Source of the DNA: Eledone cirrhosa
Taxonomy: Eukaryota
DNA: 64,000 nt
NCBI GenBank assembly: GCA_964016885.1
Contig: OZ024749.1
Coordinates: 19,592,001 to 19,656,000, forward strand
Direction of reading: 5' to 3'
Part shown: positions 16,401 through 31,800 of the stretch, in pieces
How positions within the stretch are numbered: position 1 is the stretch's first letter
How the letters are laid out: every line of letters begins with the position of its first letter
The notes under the pieces: generated by a model
The model's input: only the letters and a program-made list of their open reading frames with translations
Told to the model about the DNA's origin: nothing
Databases searched by the model: none
Translations under genes and position numbers: made by a program

Positions 16401-18200
16401 AATAACTGTATTTACACTATCTATACACTGTTATTGACTGTATTTACACCAGCTATACATTGTTAATGACTGTATTTACACTATCTATACACCGTTAATG
16501 ACTGTATTTACATTATCTATACACTGTTAATGACTGTATTTATCCTATCTATACACCGTTAATGACTGTATTTACATTATCTATACACTGTTAATGATTG
16601 TATTTACACTATCTATACACTGTTAATGACTGCATTTACACTATCTATACACCGTTAATGACTGTATTTACACTATCTATACACTGTTAATAACTGTATT
16701 TACACTATCTATACACTGTTAATGACTGTATTTACACTATTTATATACTGTTAATAACTGTATTTACACTATCTATACACTGTTAATGACTGTATTTACA
16801 CTATCTATACACTGTTAATAACTGTATTTACACTATCTATACACTGTTAATAACTGTATTTACACTATCTATACACTGTTAATGACTGTATTTACACTAT
16901 CTATACATTGTTAATGACTGTATTTACACTATCTATACACTGTTAATGTCTGTATTTACACTATTTATACACTGTTAATAACTGTATTTACACTATCTAT
17001 ACACTGTTAATGACTGTATTTACACTATCTATACATTGTTAATGACTGTATTTACACTATCTATACACTGTTAATAACTGTATTTACACTATCTATACAC
17101 TGTTAATGACTGTATTTACACTATCTATACATTGTTAATGACTGTATTTATACTATCTATACATTGTTAATGACTGTATTTACACTATCTATACACTGTT
17201 AATGACTGTATTTACACTATCCATACATTGTTAATGACTGTATTTACACTATCTATACACTGTTAATGACTGTATTTACACTATTTATATACTGTTAATA
17301 ACTGTATTTACACTATCTATACACTGTTAATGACTGTATTTACACTATCTACACACTGTTAATGACTGTATTTACACTATCTATACACTGTTAATAACTG
17401 TATTTACACTATCTATACATTGTTAATGACTGTATTTACACTATCTATACACTGTTAATGACTGTATTTACACTATCTATACACTGTTAATGACTGTATT
17501 TACACTATCTATACACTGTTAATAACTGTATTTACACTATCTATACACTGTTAATAACTGTATTTACACTATCTATACACTGTTAATGACTGTATTTACA
17601 CTATCTATACATTGTTAATGACTGTATTTACACTATCTATACACTGTTAATGTCTGTATTTACACTATTTATACACTGTTAATAACTGTATTTACACTAT
17701 CTATACACTGTTAATGACTGTATTTACACTATCTATACACTGTTAATGACTGTATTTACACTATCTATACACTGTTAATGACTGTATTTACACTATCTAT
17801 ACACTGTTAATGACTGTATTTACACTATCTATACACTGTTAATGACTGTATTTACACTATCTATACACTGTTAATGACTGTATTTACACTATCTATACAC
17901 TGTTAATGACTGTATTTACACTATCTATACACTGTTAATAACTGTATTTACACTGTTAATAACTGTATTTACACTGTTAATGACTGTATTTACACTATCT
18001 ATACATTGTTAATGACTGTATTTACACTATCTATACACTGTTAATGACTGTATTTACACTATCTATACACTGTTAATGACTGTATTTACAGTATCTATAC
18101 ACTGTTAATAACTGTATTTACACTATCTATACACTGTTAATAACTGTATTTACACTATCTATACACTGTTAATGACTGTATTTACACTATCTATACATTG
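10430..18200. repeat. Imperfect tandem duplication of a ~3.8-4.1 kb block (~10.4-14.2 kb vs ~14.2-18.2 kb)
   Basis: The 2-bp deletion AATGACTATT lies at 10571/14387 (offset 3816), CCAGCT at 12345/16449 (4104) and the 21-mer pair at 13955/17931 (3976). The offsets differ from one another by multiples of 32. Confidence 0.8.
11520..11860. repeat. Local 4-monomer (128-bp) higher-order repeat, three copies
   Basis: The GTAAATAAC variant, followed by a CATTGTTAATAAC monomer, occurs at 11526, 11654 and 11782. The triplet recurs at ~15630-15890, ~21016-21272 and ~26850-27106. Confidence 0.85.
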
Positions 18201-21200
18201 TTAATGACTGTATTTACACTATCTATACACTGTTAATGTCTGTATTTACACTATTTATACACTGTTAATAACTGTATTTACACTATCTATACACTGTTAA
18301 TGACTGTATTTACACTATCTATACACTGTTAATGACTGTATTTACACTATCTATACACTGTTAATGACTGTATTTACACTATCTATACACTGTTAATGAC
18401 TGTATTTACATTATCTATACACTGTTAATGACTGTATTTACACTATCTATACACTGTTAATGACTGTATTTACACTATCTATACACTGTTAATGACTGTA
18501 TTTACACTATCTATACACTGTTAATGACTGTATTTACACTATCTATACACCGTTAATGACTGTATTTACATTATCTATACACTGTTAATGACTGTATTTA
18601 CACTATCTATACACCGTTAATGACTGTATTTACATTATCTATACACTGTTAATGACTGTATTTACACTATCTATACACTGTAAATAACTGTATTTACACT
18701 ATCTATACATTGTTAATAACTGTATTTACACTATCTATACACTGTTAATGACTGTATTTACACTATCTATGCACTGTTAATGACTGTATTTACACTATCT
18801 ATACACTGTTAATGACTGTATTTACACTATCTATACATTGTTAATGACTGTATTTACACTATCTATACACTGTTAATAACTGTATTTACACTATCTATAC
18901 ACTGTTAATGACTGTATTTACACTATCTATACATTGTTAATGACTGTATTTATACTATCTATACATTGTTAATGACTGTATTTACACTATCTATACACTG
19001 TTAATGACTGTATTTACACTATCCATACATTGTTAATGACTGTATTTACACTATCTATACACTGTTAATGACTGTATTTACACTATTTATATACTGTTAA
19101 TAACTGTATTTACACTATCTATACACTGTTAATGACTGTATTTACACTATCTATACACTGTTAATGACTGTATTTACACTATCTATACACTGTTAATAAC
19201 TGTATTTACACTATCTATACATTGTTAATGACTGTATTTACACTATCTATACACTGTTAATGACTGTATTTACACTATCTATACACTGTTAATGACTGTA
19301 TTTACACTATCTATACACTGTTAATAACTGTATTTACACTATCTATACACTGTTAATAACTGTATTTACACTATCTATACACTGTTAATGACTGTATTTA
19401 CACTATCTATACATTGTTAATGACTGTATTTACACTATCTATACACTGTTAATGTCTGTATTTACACTATTTATACACTGTTAATAACTGTATTTACACT
19501 ATCTATACACTGTTAATGACTGTATTTACACTATCTATACACTGTTAATGACTGTATTTACACTATCTATACACTGTTAATGACTGTATTTACACTATCT
19601 ATACACTGTTAATGACTGTATTTACACTATCTATACATTGTTAATGACTGTATTTACACTATCTATACACTGTTAATGACTGTATTTACACTATCTATAC
19701 ACTGTTAATGACTGTATTTACACTATCTATACATTGTTAATGACTGTATTTACACTATCTATACACTATTAATGACTGTATTTACACTATCTATACACTG
19801 TTAATGACTGTATTTACGCTATCTATACACTGTTAATGACTGTATTTACACTATCTATACACTGTTAATGACTGTATTTACACTATCTATACACTGTTAA
19901 TGACTGTATTTACACTATCTATACACTGTTAATGACTGTATTTACACTATCTATACACTGTTAATGACTGTATTTACACTATCTATACACTGTTAATAAC
20001 TGTATTTACACTATTTATACACTGTTAATAACTGTATTTATACTATCTATACACTGTTAATGACTGTATTTACACTATCTATACACTGTTAATGACTGTA
20101 TTTACACTATCTATACACTGTTAATGACTGTATTTACACTATCTATACACCGTTAATGACTGTATTTACATTATCTATACACTGTTAATGACTGTATTTA
20201 CACTATCTATACACCGTTAATGACTGTATTTACATTATCTATACACTGTTAATGACTGTATTTACACTATCTATACACTGTTAATGACTGTATTTACACT
20301 ATCTATACACTGTTAATAACTGTATTTACACTATCTATGCACTGTTAATGACTGTATTTACACTATCTATACACTGTTAATGACTGTATTTACACTATCT
20401 ATACACTGTTAATGACTGTATTTACACTATCTATACACTGTTATTGACTGTATTTACACCATCTATACATTGTTAATGACTGTATTTACACTATCTATAC
20501 ACCGTTAATGACTGTATTTACATTATCTATACACTGTTAATGACTGTATTTATCCTATCTATACACCGTTAATGACTGTATTTACATTATCTATACACTG
20601 TTAATGACTGTATTTACACTATCTATACACTGTTAATGACTGTATTTACACTATCTATACACCGTTAATGACTGTATTTACACTATCTATACACTGTTAA
20701 TAACTGTATTTACACTATCTATACACTGTTAATGACTGTATTTACACTATTTATATACTGTTAATAACTGTATTTACACTATCTATACACTGTTAATAAC
20801 TGTATTTACACTATCTATACATTGTTAATAACTGTATTTACACTATCTATACACTGTTAATGACTGTATTTACACTATCTATACACTGTTAATGACTGTA
20901 TTTACACTATCTATACACTGTTAATAACTGTATTTACACTATCTATACACTGTTAATGACTGTATTTACACTATCTATACACTGTTAATGACTGTATTTA
21001 CACTATCTATACACTGTAAATAACTGTATTTACACTATCTATACATTGTTAATAACTGTATTTACACTATCTATACACTGTTAATGACTGTATTTACACT
21101 ATCTATACACTGTTAATGACTGTATTTACACTATCTATACACTGTAAATAACTGTATTTACACTATCTATACATTGTTAATAACTGTATTTACACTATCT

Positions 21201-24200
21201 ATACACTGTTAATGACTGTATTTACACTATCTATACACTGTTAATGACTGTATTTACACTATCTATACACTGTAAATAACTGTATTTACACTATCTATAC
21301 ATTGTTAATAACTGTATTTACACTATCTATACATTGTTAATGACTGTATTTACACTATCTATACACTGTTAATAACTGTATTTACACTATCTATACACTG
21401 TTAATAACTGTATTTACACTATCTATACACTGTTAATGACTGTATTTACACTATCTATACACTATTAATAACTGTATTTACACTATCTATACACTGTTAA
21501 TGACTGTATTTACACTATCTATACACTGTTAATAACTGTATTTACACTATCTATACACTGTTAATAACTGTATTTACACTATCTATACGTTGTTAATGAC
21601 TGTATTTACACTATCTATACACTGTTAATGACTGTATTTACACTATCTATACACTGTTAATGACTGTATTTACACTATCTATGCACTGTTAATGACTGTA
21701 TTTACACTATCTATACACTGTTAATGATTGTATTTACACTATCTATACACCGTTAATGACTGTATTTACACTATCTATACACTGTTAATAACTGTATTTA
21801 CACTATCTATACACTGTTATTGACTGTATTTACACCAGCTATACATTGTTAATGACTGTATTTACACTATCTATACACCGTTAATGACTGTATTTACATT
21901 ATCTATACACTGTTAATGACTGTCTTTATCCTATCTATACACCGTTAATGACTGTATTTACATTATCTATACACTGTTAATGATTGTATTTACACTATCT
22001 ATACACTGTTAATGACTGCATTTACACTATCTATACACCGTTAATGACTGTATTTACACTATCTATACACTGTTAATAACTGTATTTACACTATCTATAC
22101 ACTGTTAATGACTGTATTTACACTATTTATATACTGTTAATAACTGTATTTACACTATCTATACACTGTTAATGACTGTATTTACACTATCTATACACTG
22201 TTAATGACTGTATTTACACTATCTATACACTGTTAATAACTGTATTTACACTATCTATACATTGTTAATGACTGTATTTACACTATCTATACACTGTTAA
22301 TGACTGTATTTACACTATCTATACACTGTTAAGAACTGTATTTACACTATCTATACACTGTTAATAACTGTATTTACACTATCTATACACTGTTAATGAC
22401 TGTATTTACACTATCTATACATTGTTAATGACTGTATTTACACTATCTATACACTGTTAATGTCTGTATTTACACTATTTATACACTGTTAATAACTGTA
22501 TTTACACTATCTATACACTGTTAATGACTGTATTTACACTATCTATACATTGTTAATGACTGTATTTACACTATCTATACACTGTTAATAACTGTATTTA
22601 CACTATCTATACACTGTTAATGATTGTATTTACACTATCTATACATTGTTAATGACTGTATTTATACTATCTATACATTGTTAATGACTGTATTTACACT
22701 ATCTATACACTGTTAATGACTGTATTTACACTATCCATACATTATTAATGACTGTATTTACACTATCTATACACTGTTAATGACTGTATTTACACTATTT
22801 ATATACTGTTAATAACTGTATTTACACTATCTATACACTGTTAATGACTGTATTTACACTATCTATACACTGTTAATGACTGTATTTACACTATCTATAC
22901 ACTGTTAATAACTGTATTTACACTATCTATACATTGTTAATGACTGTATTTACACTATCTATACACTGTTAATGACTGTATTTACACTATCCATACATTG
23001 TTAATGACTGTATTTACACTATCTATACACTGTTAATGACTGTATTTACACTATTTATATACTGTTAATAACTGTATTTACACTATCTATACACTGTTAA
23101 TGACTGTATTTACACTATCTATACACTGTTAATGACTGTATTTACACTATCTATACACTGTTAATAACTGTATTTACACTATCTATACATTGTTAATGAC
23201 TGTATTTACACTATCTATACACTGTTAATGACTGTATTTACACTATCTATACACTGTTAATGACTGTATTTACACTATCTATACACTGTTAATAACTGTA
23301 TTTACACTATCTATACACTGTTAATAACTGTATTTACACTATCTATACACTGTTAATGACTGTATTTACACTATCTATACATTGTTAATGACTGTATTTA
23401 CACTATCTATACACTGTTAATGTCTGTATTTACACTATTTATACACTGTTAATAACTGTATTTACACTATCTATACACTGTTAATGACTGTATTTACACT
23501 ATCTATACACTGTTAATGACTGTATTTACACTATCTATACACTGTTAATGACTGTATTTACACTATCTATACACTGTTAATGACTGTATTTACACTATCT
23601 ATACACTGTTAATGACTGTATTTACACTATCTATACACTGTTAATGACTGTATTTACACTATCTATACACTGTTAATGACTGTATTTACACTATCTATAC
23701 ACTGTTAATAACTGTATTTACACTGTTAATAACTGTATTTACACTGTTAATGACTGTATTTACACTATCTATACATTGTTAATGACTGTATTTACACTAT
23801 CTATACACTGTTAATGACTGTATTTACACTATCTATACACTGTTAATGACTGTATTTACAGTATCTATACACTGTTAATAACTGTATTTACACTATCTAT
23901 ACACTGTTAATAACTGTATTTACACTATCTATACACTGTTAATGACTGTATTTACACTATCTATACATTGTTAATGACTGTATTTACACTATCTATACAC
24001 TGTTAATGTCTGTATTTACACTATTTATACACTGTTAATAACTGTATTTACACTATCTATACACTGTTAATGACTGTATTTACACTATCTATACACTGTT
24101 AATGACTGTATTTACACTATCTATACACTGTTAATGACTGTATTTACACTATCTATACACTGTTAATGACTGTATTTACATTATCTATACACTGTTAATG

Positions 24201-27200
24201 ACTGTATTTACACTATCTATACACTGTTAATGACTGTATTTACACTATCTATACACTGTTAATGACTGTATTTACACTATCTATACACTGTTAATGACTG
24301 TATTTACACTATCTATACACCGTTAATGACTGTATTTACATTATCTATACACTGTTAATGACTGTATTTACACTATCTATACACCGTTAATGACTGTATT
24401 TACATTATCTATACACTGTTAATGACTGTATTTACACTATCTATACACTGTAAATAACTGTATTTACACTATCTATACATTGTTAATAACTGTATTTACA
24501 CTATCTATACACTGTTAATGACTGTATTTACACTATCTATGCACTGTTAATGACTGTATTTACACTATCTATACACTGTTAATGACTGTATTTACACTAT
24601 CTATACATTGTTAATGACTGTATTTACACTATCTATACACTGTTAATAACTGTATTTACACTATCTATACACTGTTAATGACTGTATTTACACTATCTAT
24701 ACATTGTTAATGACTGTATTTATACTATCTATACATTGTTAATGACTGTATTTACACTATCTATACACTGTTAATGACTGTATTTACACTATCCATACAT
24801 TGTTAATGACTGTATTTACACTATCTATACACTGTTAATGACTGTATTTACACTATTTATATACTGTTAATAACTGTATTTACACTATCTATACACTGTT
24901 AATGACTGTATTTACACTATCTATACACTGTTAATGACTGTATTTACACTATCTATACACTGTTAATAACTGTATTTACACTATCTATACATTGTTAATG
25001 ACTGTATTTACACTATCTATACACTGTTAATGACTGTATTTACACTATCTATACACTGTTAATGACTGTATTTACACTATCTATACACTGTTAATAACTG
25101 TATTTACACTATCTATACACTGTTAATAACTGTATTTACACTATCTATACACTGTTAATGACTGTATTTACACTATCTATACATTGTTAATGACTGTATT
25201 TACACTATCTATACACTGTTAATGTCTGTATTTACACTATTTATACACTGTTAATAACTGTATTTACACTATCTATACACTGTTAATGACTGTATTTACA
25301 CTATCTATACACTGTTAATGACTGTATTTACACTATCTATACACTGTTAATGACTGTATTTACACTATCTATACACTGTTAATGACTGTATTTACACTAT
25401 CTATACATTGTTAATGACTGTATTTACACTATCTATACACTGTTAATGACTGTATTTACACTATCTATACACTGTTAATGACTGTATTTACACTATCTAT
25501 ACATTGTTAATGACTGTATTTACACTATCTATACACTATTAATGACTGTATTTACACTATCTATACACTGTTAATGACTGTATTTACGCTATCTATACAC
25601 TGTTAATGACTGTATTTACACTATCTATACACTGTTAATGACTGTATTTACACTATCTATACACTGTTAATGACTGTATTTACACTATCTATACACTGTT
25701 AATGACTGTATTTACACTATCTATACACTGTTAATGACTGTATTTACACTATCTATACACTGTTAATAACTGTATTTACACTATTTATACACTGTTAATA
25801 ACTGTATTTATACTATCTATACACTGTTAATGACTGTATTTACACTATCTATACACTGTTAATGACTGTATTTACACTATCTATACACTGTTAATGACTG
25901 TATTTACACTATCTATACACCGTTAATGACTGTATTTACATTATCTATACACTGTTAATGACTGTATTTACACTATCTATACACCGTTAATGACTGTATT
26001 TACATTATCTATACACTGTTAATGACTGTATTTACACTATCTATACACTGTTAATGACTGTATTTACACTATCTATACACTGTTAATAACTGTATTTACA
26101 CTATCTATGCACTGTTAATGACTGTATTTACACTATCTATACACTGTTAATGACTGTATTTACACTATCTATACACTGTTAATGACTGTATTTACACTAT
26201 CTATACACTGTTATTGACTGTATTTACACCATCTATACATTGTTAATGACTGTATTTACACTATCTATACACCGTTAATGACTGTATTTACATTATCTAT
26301 ACACTGTTAATGACTGTATTTATCCTATCTATACACCGTTAATGACTGTATTTACATTATCTATACACTGTTAATGACTGTATTTACACTATCTATACAC
26401 TGTTAATGACTGTATTTACACTATCTATACACCGTTAATGACTGTATTTACACTATCTATACACTGTTAATAACTGTATTTACACTATCTATACACTGTT
26501 AATGACTGTATTTACACTATTTATATACTGTTAATAACTGTATTTACACTATCTATACACTGTTAATGACTGTATTTACACTATCTATACACTGTTAATG
26601 ACTGTATTTACACTATCTATACACTGTTAATAACTGTATTTACACTATCTATACATTGTTAATAACTGTATTTACACTATCTATACACTGTTAATGACTG
26701 TATTTACACTATCTATACACTGTTAATGACTGTATTTACACTATCTATACACTGTTAATAACTGTATTTACACTATCTATACACTGTTAATGACTGTATT
26801 TACACTATCTATACACTGTTAATGACTGTATTTACACTATCTATACACTGTAAATAACTGTATTTACACTATCTATACATTGTTAATAACTGTATTTACA
26901 CTATCTATACACTGTTAATGACTGTATTTACACTATCTATACACTGTTAATGACTGTATTTACACTATCTATACACTGTAAATAACTGTATTTACACTAT
27001 CTATACATTGTTAATAACTGTATTTACACTATCTATACACTGTTAATGACTGTATTTACACTATCTATACACTGTTAATGACTGTATTTACACTATCTAT
27101 ACACTGTAAATAACTGTATTTACACTATCTATACATTGTTAATAACTGTATTTACACTATCTATACATTGTTAATGACTGTATTTACACTATCTATACAC

Positions 27201-28824
27201 TGTTAATAACTGTATTTACACTATCTATACACTGTTAATAACTGTATTTACACTATCTATACACTGTTAATGACTGTATTTACACTATCTATACACTATT
27301 AATAACTGTATTTACACTATCTATACACTGTTAATGACTGTATTTACACTATCTATACACTGTTAATAACTGTATTTACACTATCTATACACTGTTAATA
27401 ACTGTATTTACACTATCTATACGTTGTTAATGACTGTATTTACACTATCTATACACTGTTAATGACTGTATTTACACTATCTATACACTGTTAATGACTG
27501 TATTTACACTATCTATGCACTGTTAATGACTGTATTTACACTATCTATACACTGTTAATGATTGTATTTACACTATCTATACACCGTTAATGACTGTATT
27601 TACACTATCTATACACTGTTAATAACTGTATTTACACTATCTATACACTGTTATTGACTGTATTTACACCAGCTATACATTGTTAATGACTGTATTTACA
27701 CTATCTATACACCGTTAATGACTGTATTTACATTATCTATACACTGTTAATGACTGTCTTTATCCTATCTATACACCGTTAATGACTGTATTTACATTAT
27801 CTATACACTGTTAATGATTGTATTTACACTATCTATACACTGTTAATGACTGCATTTACACTATCTATACACCGTTAATGACTGTATTTACACTATCTAT
27901 ACACTGTTAATAACTGTATTTACACTATCTATACACTGTTAATGACTGTATTTACACTATTTATATACTGTTAATAACTGTATTTACACTATCTATACAC
28001 TGTTAATGACTGTATTTACACTATCTATACACTGTTAATGACTGTATTTACACTATCTATACACTGTTAATAACTGTATTTACACTATCTATACATTGTT
28101 AATGACTGTATTTACACTATCTATACACTGTTAATGACTGTATTTACACTATCTATACACTGTTAAGAACTGTATTTACACTATCTATACACTGTTAATA
28201 ACTGTATTTACACTATCTATACACTGTTAATGACTGTATTTACACTATCTATACATTGTTAATGACTGTATTTACACTATCTATACACTGTTAATGTCTG
28301 TATTTACACTATTTATACACTGTTAATAACTGTATTTACACTATCTATACACTGTTAATGACTGTATTTACACTATCTATACATTGTTAATGACTGTATT
28401 TACACTATCTATACACTGTTAATAACTGTATTTACACTATCTATACACTGTTAATGATTGTATTTACACTATCTATACATTGTTAATGACTGTATTTATA
28501 CTATCTATACATTGTTAATGACTGTATTTACACTATCTATACACTGTTAATGACTGTATTTACACTATCCATACATTATTAATGACTGTATTTACACTAT
28601 CTATACACTGTTAATGACTGTATTTACACTATTTATATACTGTTAATAACTGTATTTACACTATCTATACACTGTTAATGACTGTATTTACACTATCTAT
28701 ACACTGTTAATGACTGTATTTACACTATCTATACACTGTTAATAACTGTATTTACACTATCTATACATTGTTAATGACTGTATTTACACTATCTATACAC
28801 TGTTAATGACTGTATTTACACTAT
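17160..28824. repeat. Tandem duplication of a ~5.8 kb block (offset 5770, then 5834)
   Basis: Offset 5770 is shown by CCATACATTG (17221/22991), the 21-mer pair (17931/23701) and CTATCTATGC (20331/26101). Offset 5834 is shown by the private variants TGTCTTTATCC (21921/27755), AAGAAC (22331/28165) and CTATCCATACATTATT (22731/28565), after a 2-monomer indel near 20.8/26.6 kb. Confidence 0.9.
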
Positions 28825-28899
28825 CTATACACTGTTAATGACTGTATTTACACTATCTATACACTGTTAATAACTGTATTTACACTATCTATACACTGT

Positions 28900-31800
28900 T
28901 AATGACTGTATTTACACTATCTATACATTGTTAATGACTGTATTTACACTATCTATACACTGTTAATGTCTGTATTTACACTATTTATACACTGTTAATA
29001 ACTGTATTTACACTATCTATACACTGTTAATGACTGTATTTACACTATCTATACACTGTTAATGACTGTATTTACACTATCTATACACTGTTAATGACTG
29101 TATTTACACTATCTATACACTGTTAATGACTGTATTTACACTATCTATACATTGTTAATGACTGTATTTACACTATCTATACACTGTTAATGACTGTATT
29201 TACACTATCTATACACTGTTAATGACTGTATTTACACTATCTATACATTGTTAATGACTGTATTTACACTATCTATACACTATTAATGACTGTATTTACA
29301 CTATCTATACACTGTTAATGACTGTATTTACGCTATCTATACACTGTTAATGACTGTATTTACACTATCTATACACTGTTAATGACTGTATTTACACTAT
29401 CTATACACTGTTAATGACTGTACTTACACTATCTATACACTGTTAATGACTGTATTTACACTATCTATACACTGTTAATGACCGTATTTACACTATCTAT
29501 ACACTGTTAATAACTGTATTTACACTATTTATACACTGTTAATAACTGTATTTATACTATCTATACACTGTTAATGACTGTATTTACACTATCTATACAC
29601 TGTTAATGACTGTATTTACACTATCTATACACTGTTAATGACTGTATTTACACTATCTATATACCGTTAATGACTGTATTTACATTATCTATACACTGTT
29701 AATGACTGTATTTACACTATCTATACACCGTTAATGACTGTATTTACATTATCTATACACTGTTAATGACTGTATTTACACTATCTATACACTGTTAATG
29801 ACTGTATTTACACTATCTATACACTGTTAATAACTGTATTTACACTATCTATACACTGTTAATGACTGTATTTACACTATCTATACACTGTTAATAACTG
29901 TATTTACACTGTTAATAACTGTATTTACACTGTTAATGACTGTATTTACACTATCTATACATTGTTAATGACTGTATTTACACTATCTATACACTGTTAA
30001 TGACTGTATTTACACTATCTATACACTGTTAATGACTGTATTTACACTATCTATACACTGTTAATGACTGTATTTACACTATCTATACACTGTTAATGAC
30101 TGTATTTACACTATCTATAGATTGTTAATGACTGTATTTACACTATCTATACACTGTTAATGACTGTATTTACACTATCTATAGATTGTTAATGACTGTA
30201 TTTACACTATCTATACACTGTTAATGACTGTATTTACACTATCTATAGACTGTTAATGACTGTATTTACACTATCTATACACTGTTAATGACTGTATTTA
30301 CACTATCTATACACTGTTAATGACTGTATTTACACTATCTATACATTGTTAATGACTGTATTTACACTATCTATACACTATTAATGACTGTATTTACGCT
30401 ATCTATACACTGTTAATGACTGTATTTACACTATCTATACACTGTTAATGACTGTATTTACACTATCTATACACTATTAATGACTGTATTTACACAATCT
30501 ATACATTGTTAATGACTGTATTTACACTATCTATACACTGTTAATGACTGTATTTACACTATCTATACACTGTTAATGACTGTATTTACACCATCTATAC
30601 ACTGTTAATGACTGTATTTACACTATCTATACACTGTTAATGACTGTATTTACACTATCTATACACTGTTAATGACTGTATTTACACTATCTATACACTG
30701 TTAATGACTGTATTTACACTATCTATACACTGTTAATGACTGTATTAACATTATCTATACACTGTTAATGACTGTATTTACACTACCTATACACCGTTAA
30801 TGACTGTATTTACACTATCTATACACCGTTAATGACTGTATTTACACTATCTATACACTGTTAATAACTGTATTTACACTATCTATACACCGTTAATGAC
30901 TGTATTTACACTATCTATACACTGTTAATAACTGTATTTACACTATCTATACACTGTTAATGACTGTATTTACACTATTTATATACTGTTAATAACTGTA
31001 TTTACACTATCTATACACTGTTAATGACTGTATTTACACTATCTATACACTGTTAATGACTGTATTTACACTATCTATACACTGTTAATAACTGTATTTA
31101 CACTATCTATACATTGTTAATAACTATTTACACTATCTATACACTGTTAATGACTGTATTTACACTATCTATACACTGTCAATGACTGTATTTACGCTAT
31201 CTATACACTGTTAATGACTGTATTTACACTATCTATACACTGTTAATGACTGTATTTACACTATCTATACACTATTAATAACTGTATTTACACTATCTAT
31301 ACACTGTTAATGACTGTATTTACACTATCTATACACTGTTAATAACTGTATTTACACTATCTATACACTGTTAATAACTGTATTTACACTATCTATACGT
31401 TGTTAATGACTGTATTTACACTATCTATACACTGTTAATAACTGTATTTACACTATCTATACACTGTTAATGACTGTATTTACACTATCTATACACTGTT
31501 AATGACTGTATTTACACTATCTATACACCGTTAATGACTGTATTTACACTATCTATACACTGTTAATAACTGTATTTACACTATCTATACACTGTTATTG
31601 ACTGTATTTACACCATCTATACATTGTTAATGACTGTATTTACACTATCTATACACCGTTAATGACTGTATTTACATTATCTATACACTGTTAATGACTG
31701 TATTTATCCTATCTATACACCGTTAATGACTGTATTTACATTATCTATACACTGTTAATGACTGTATTTACACTATCTATACACTGTTAATGACTGTATT

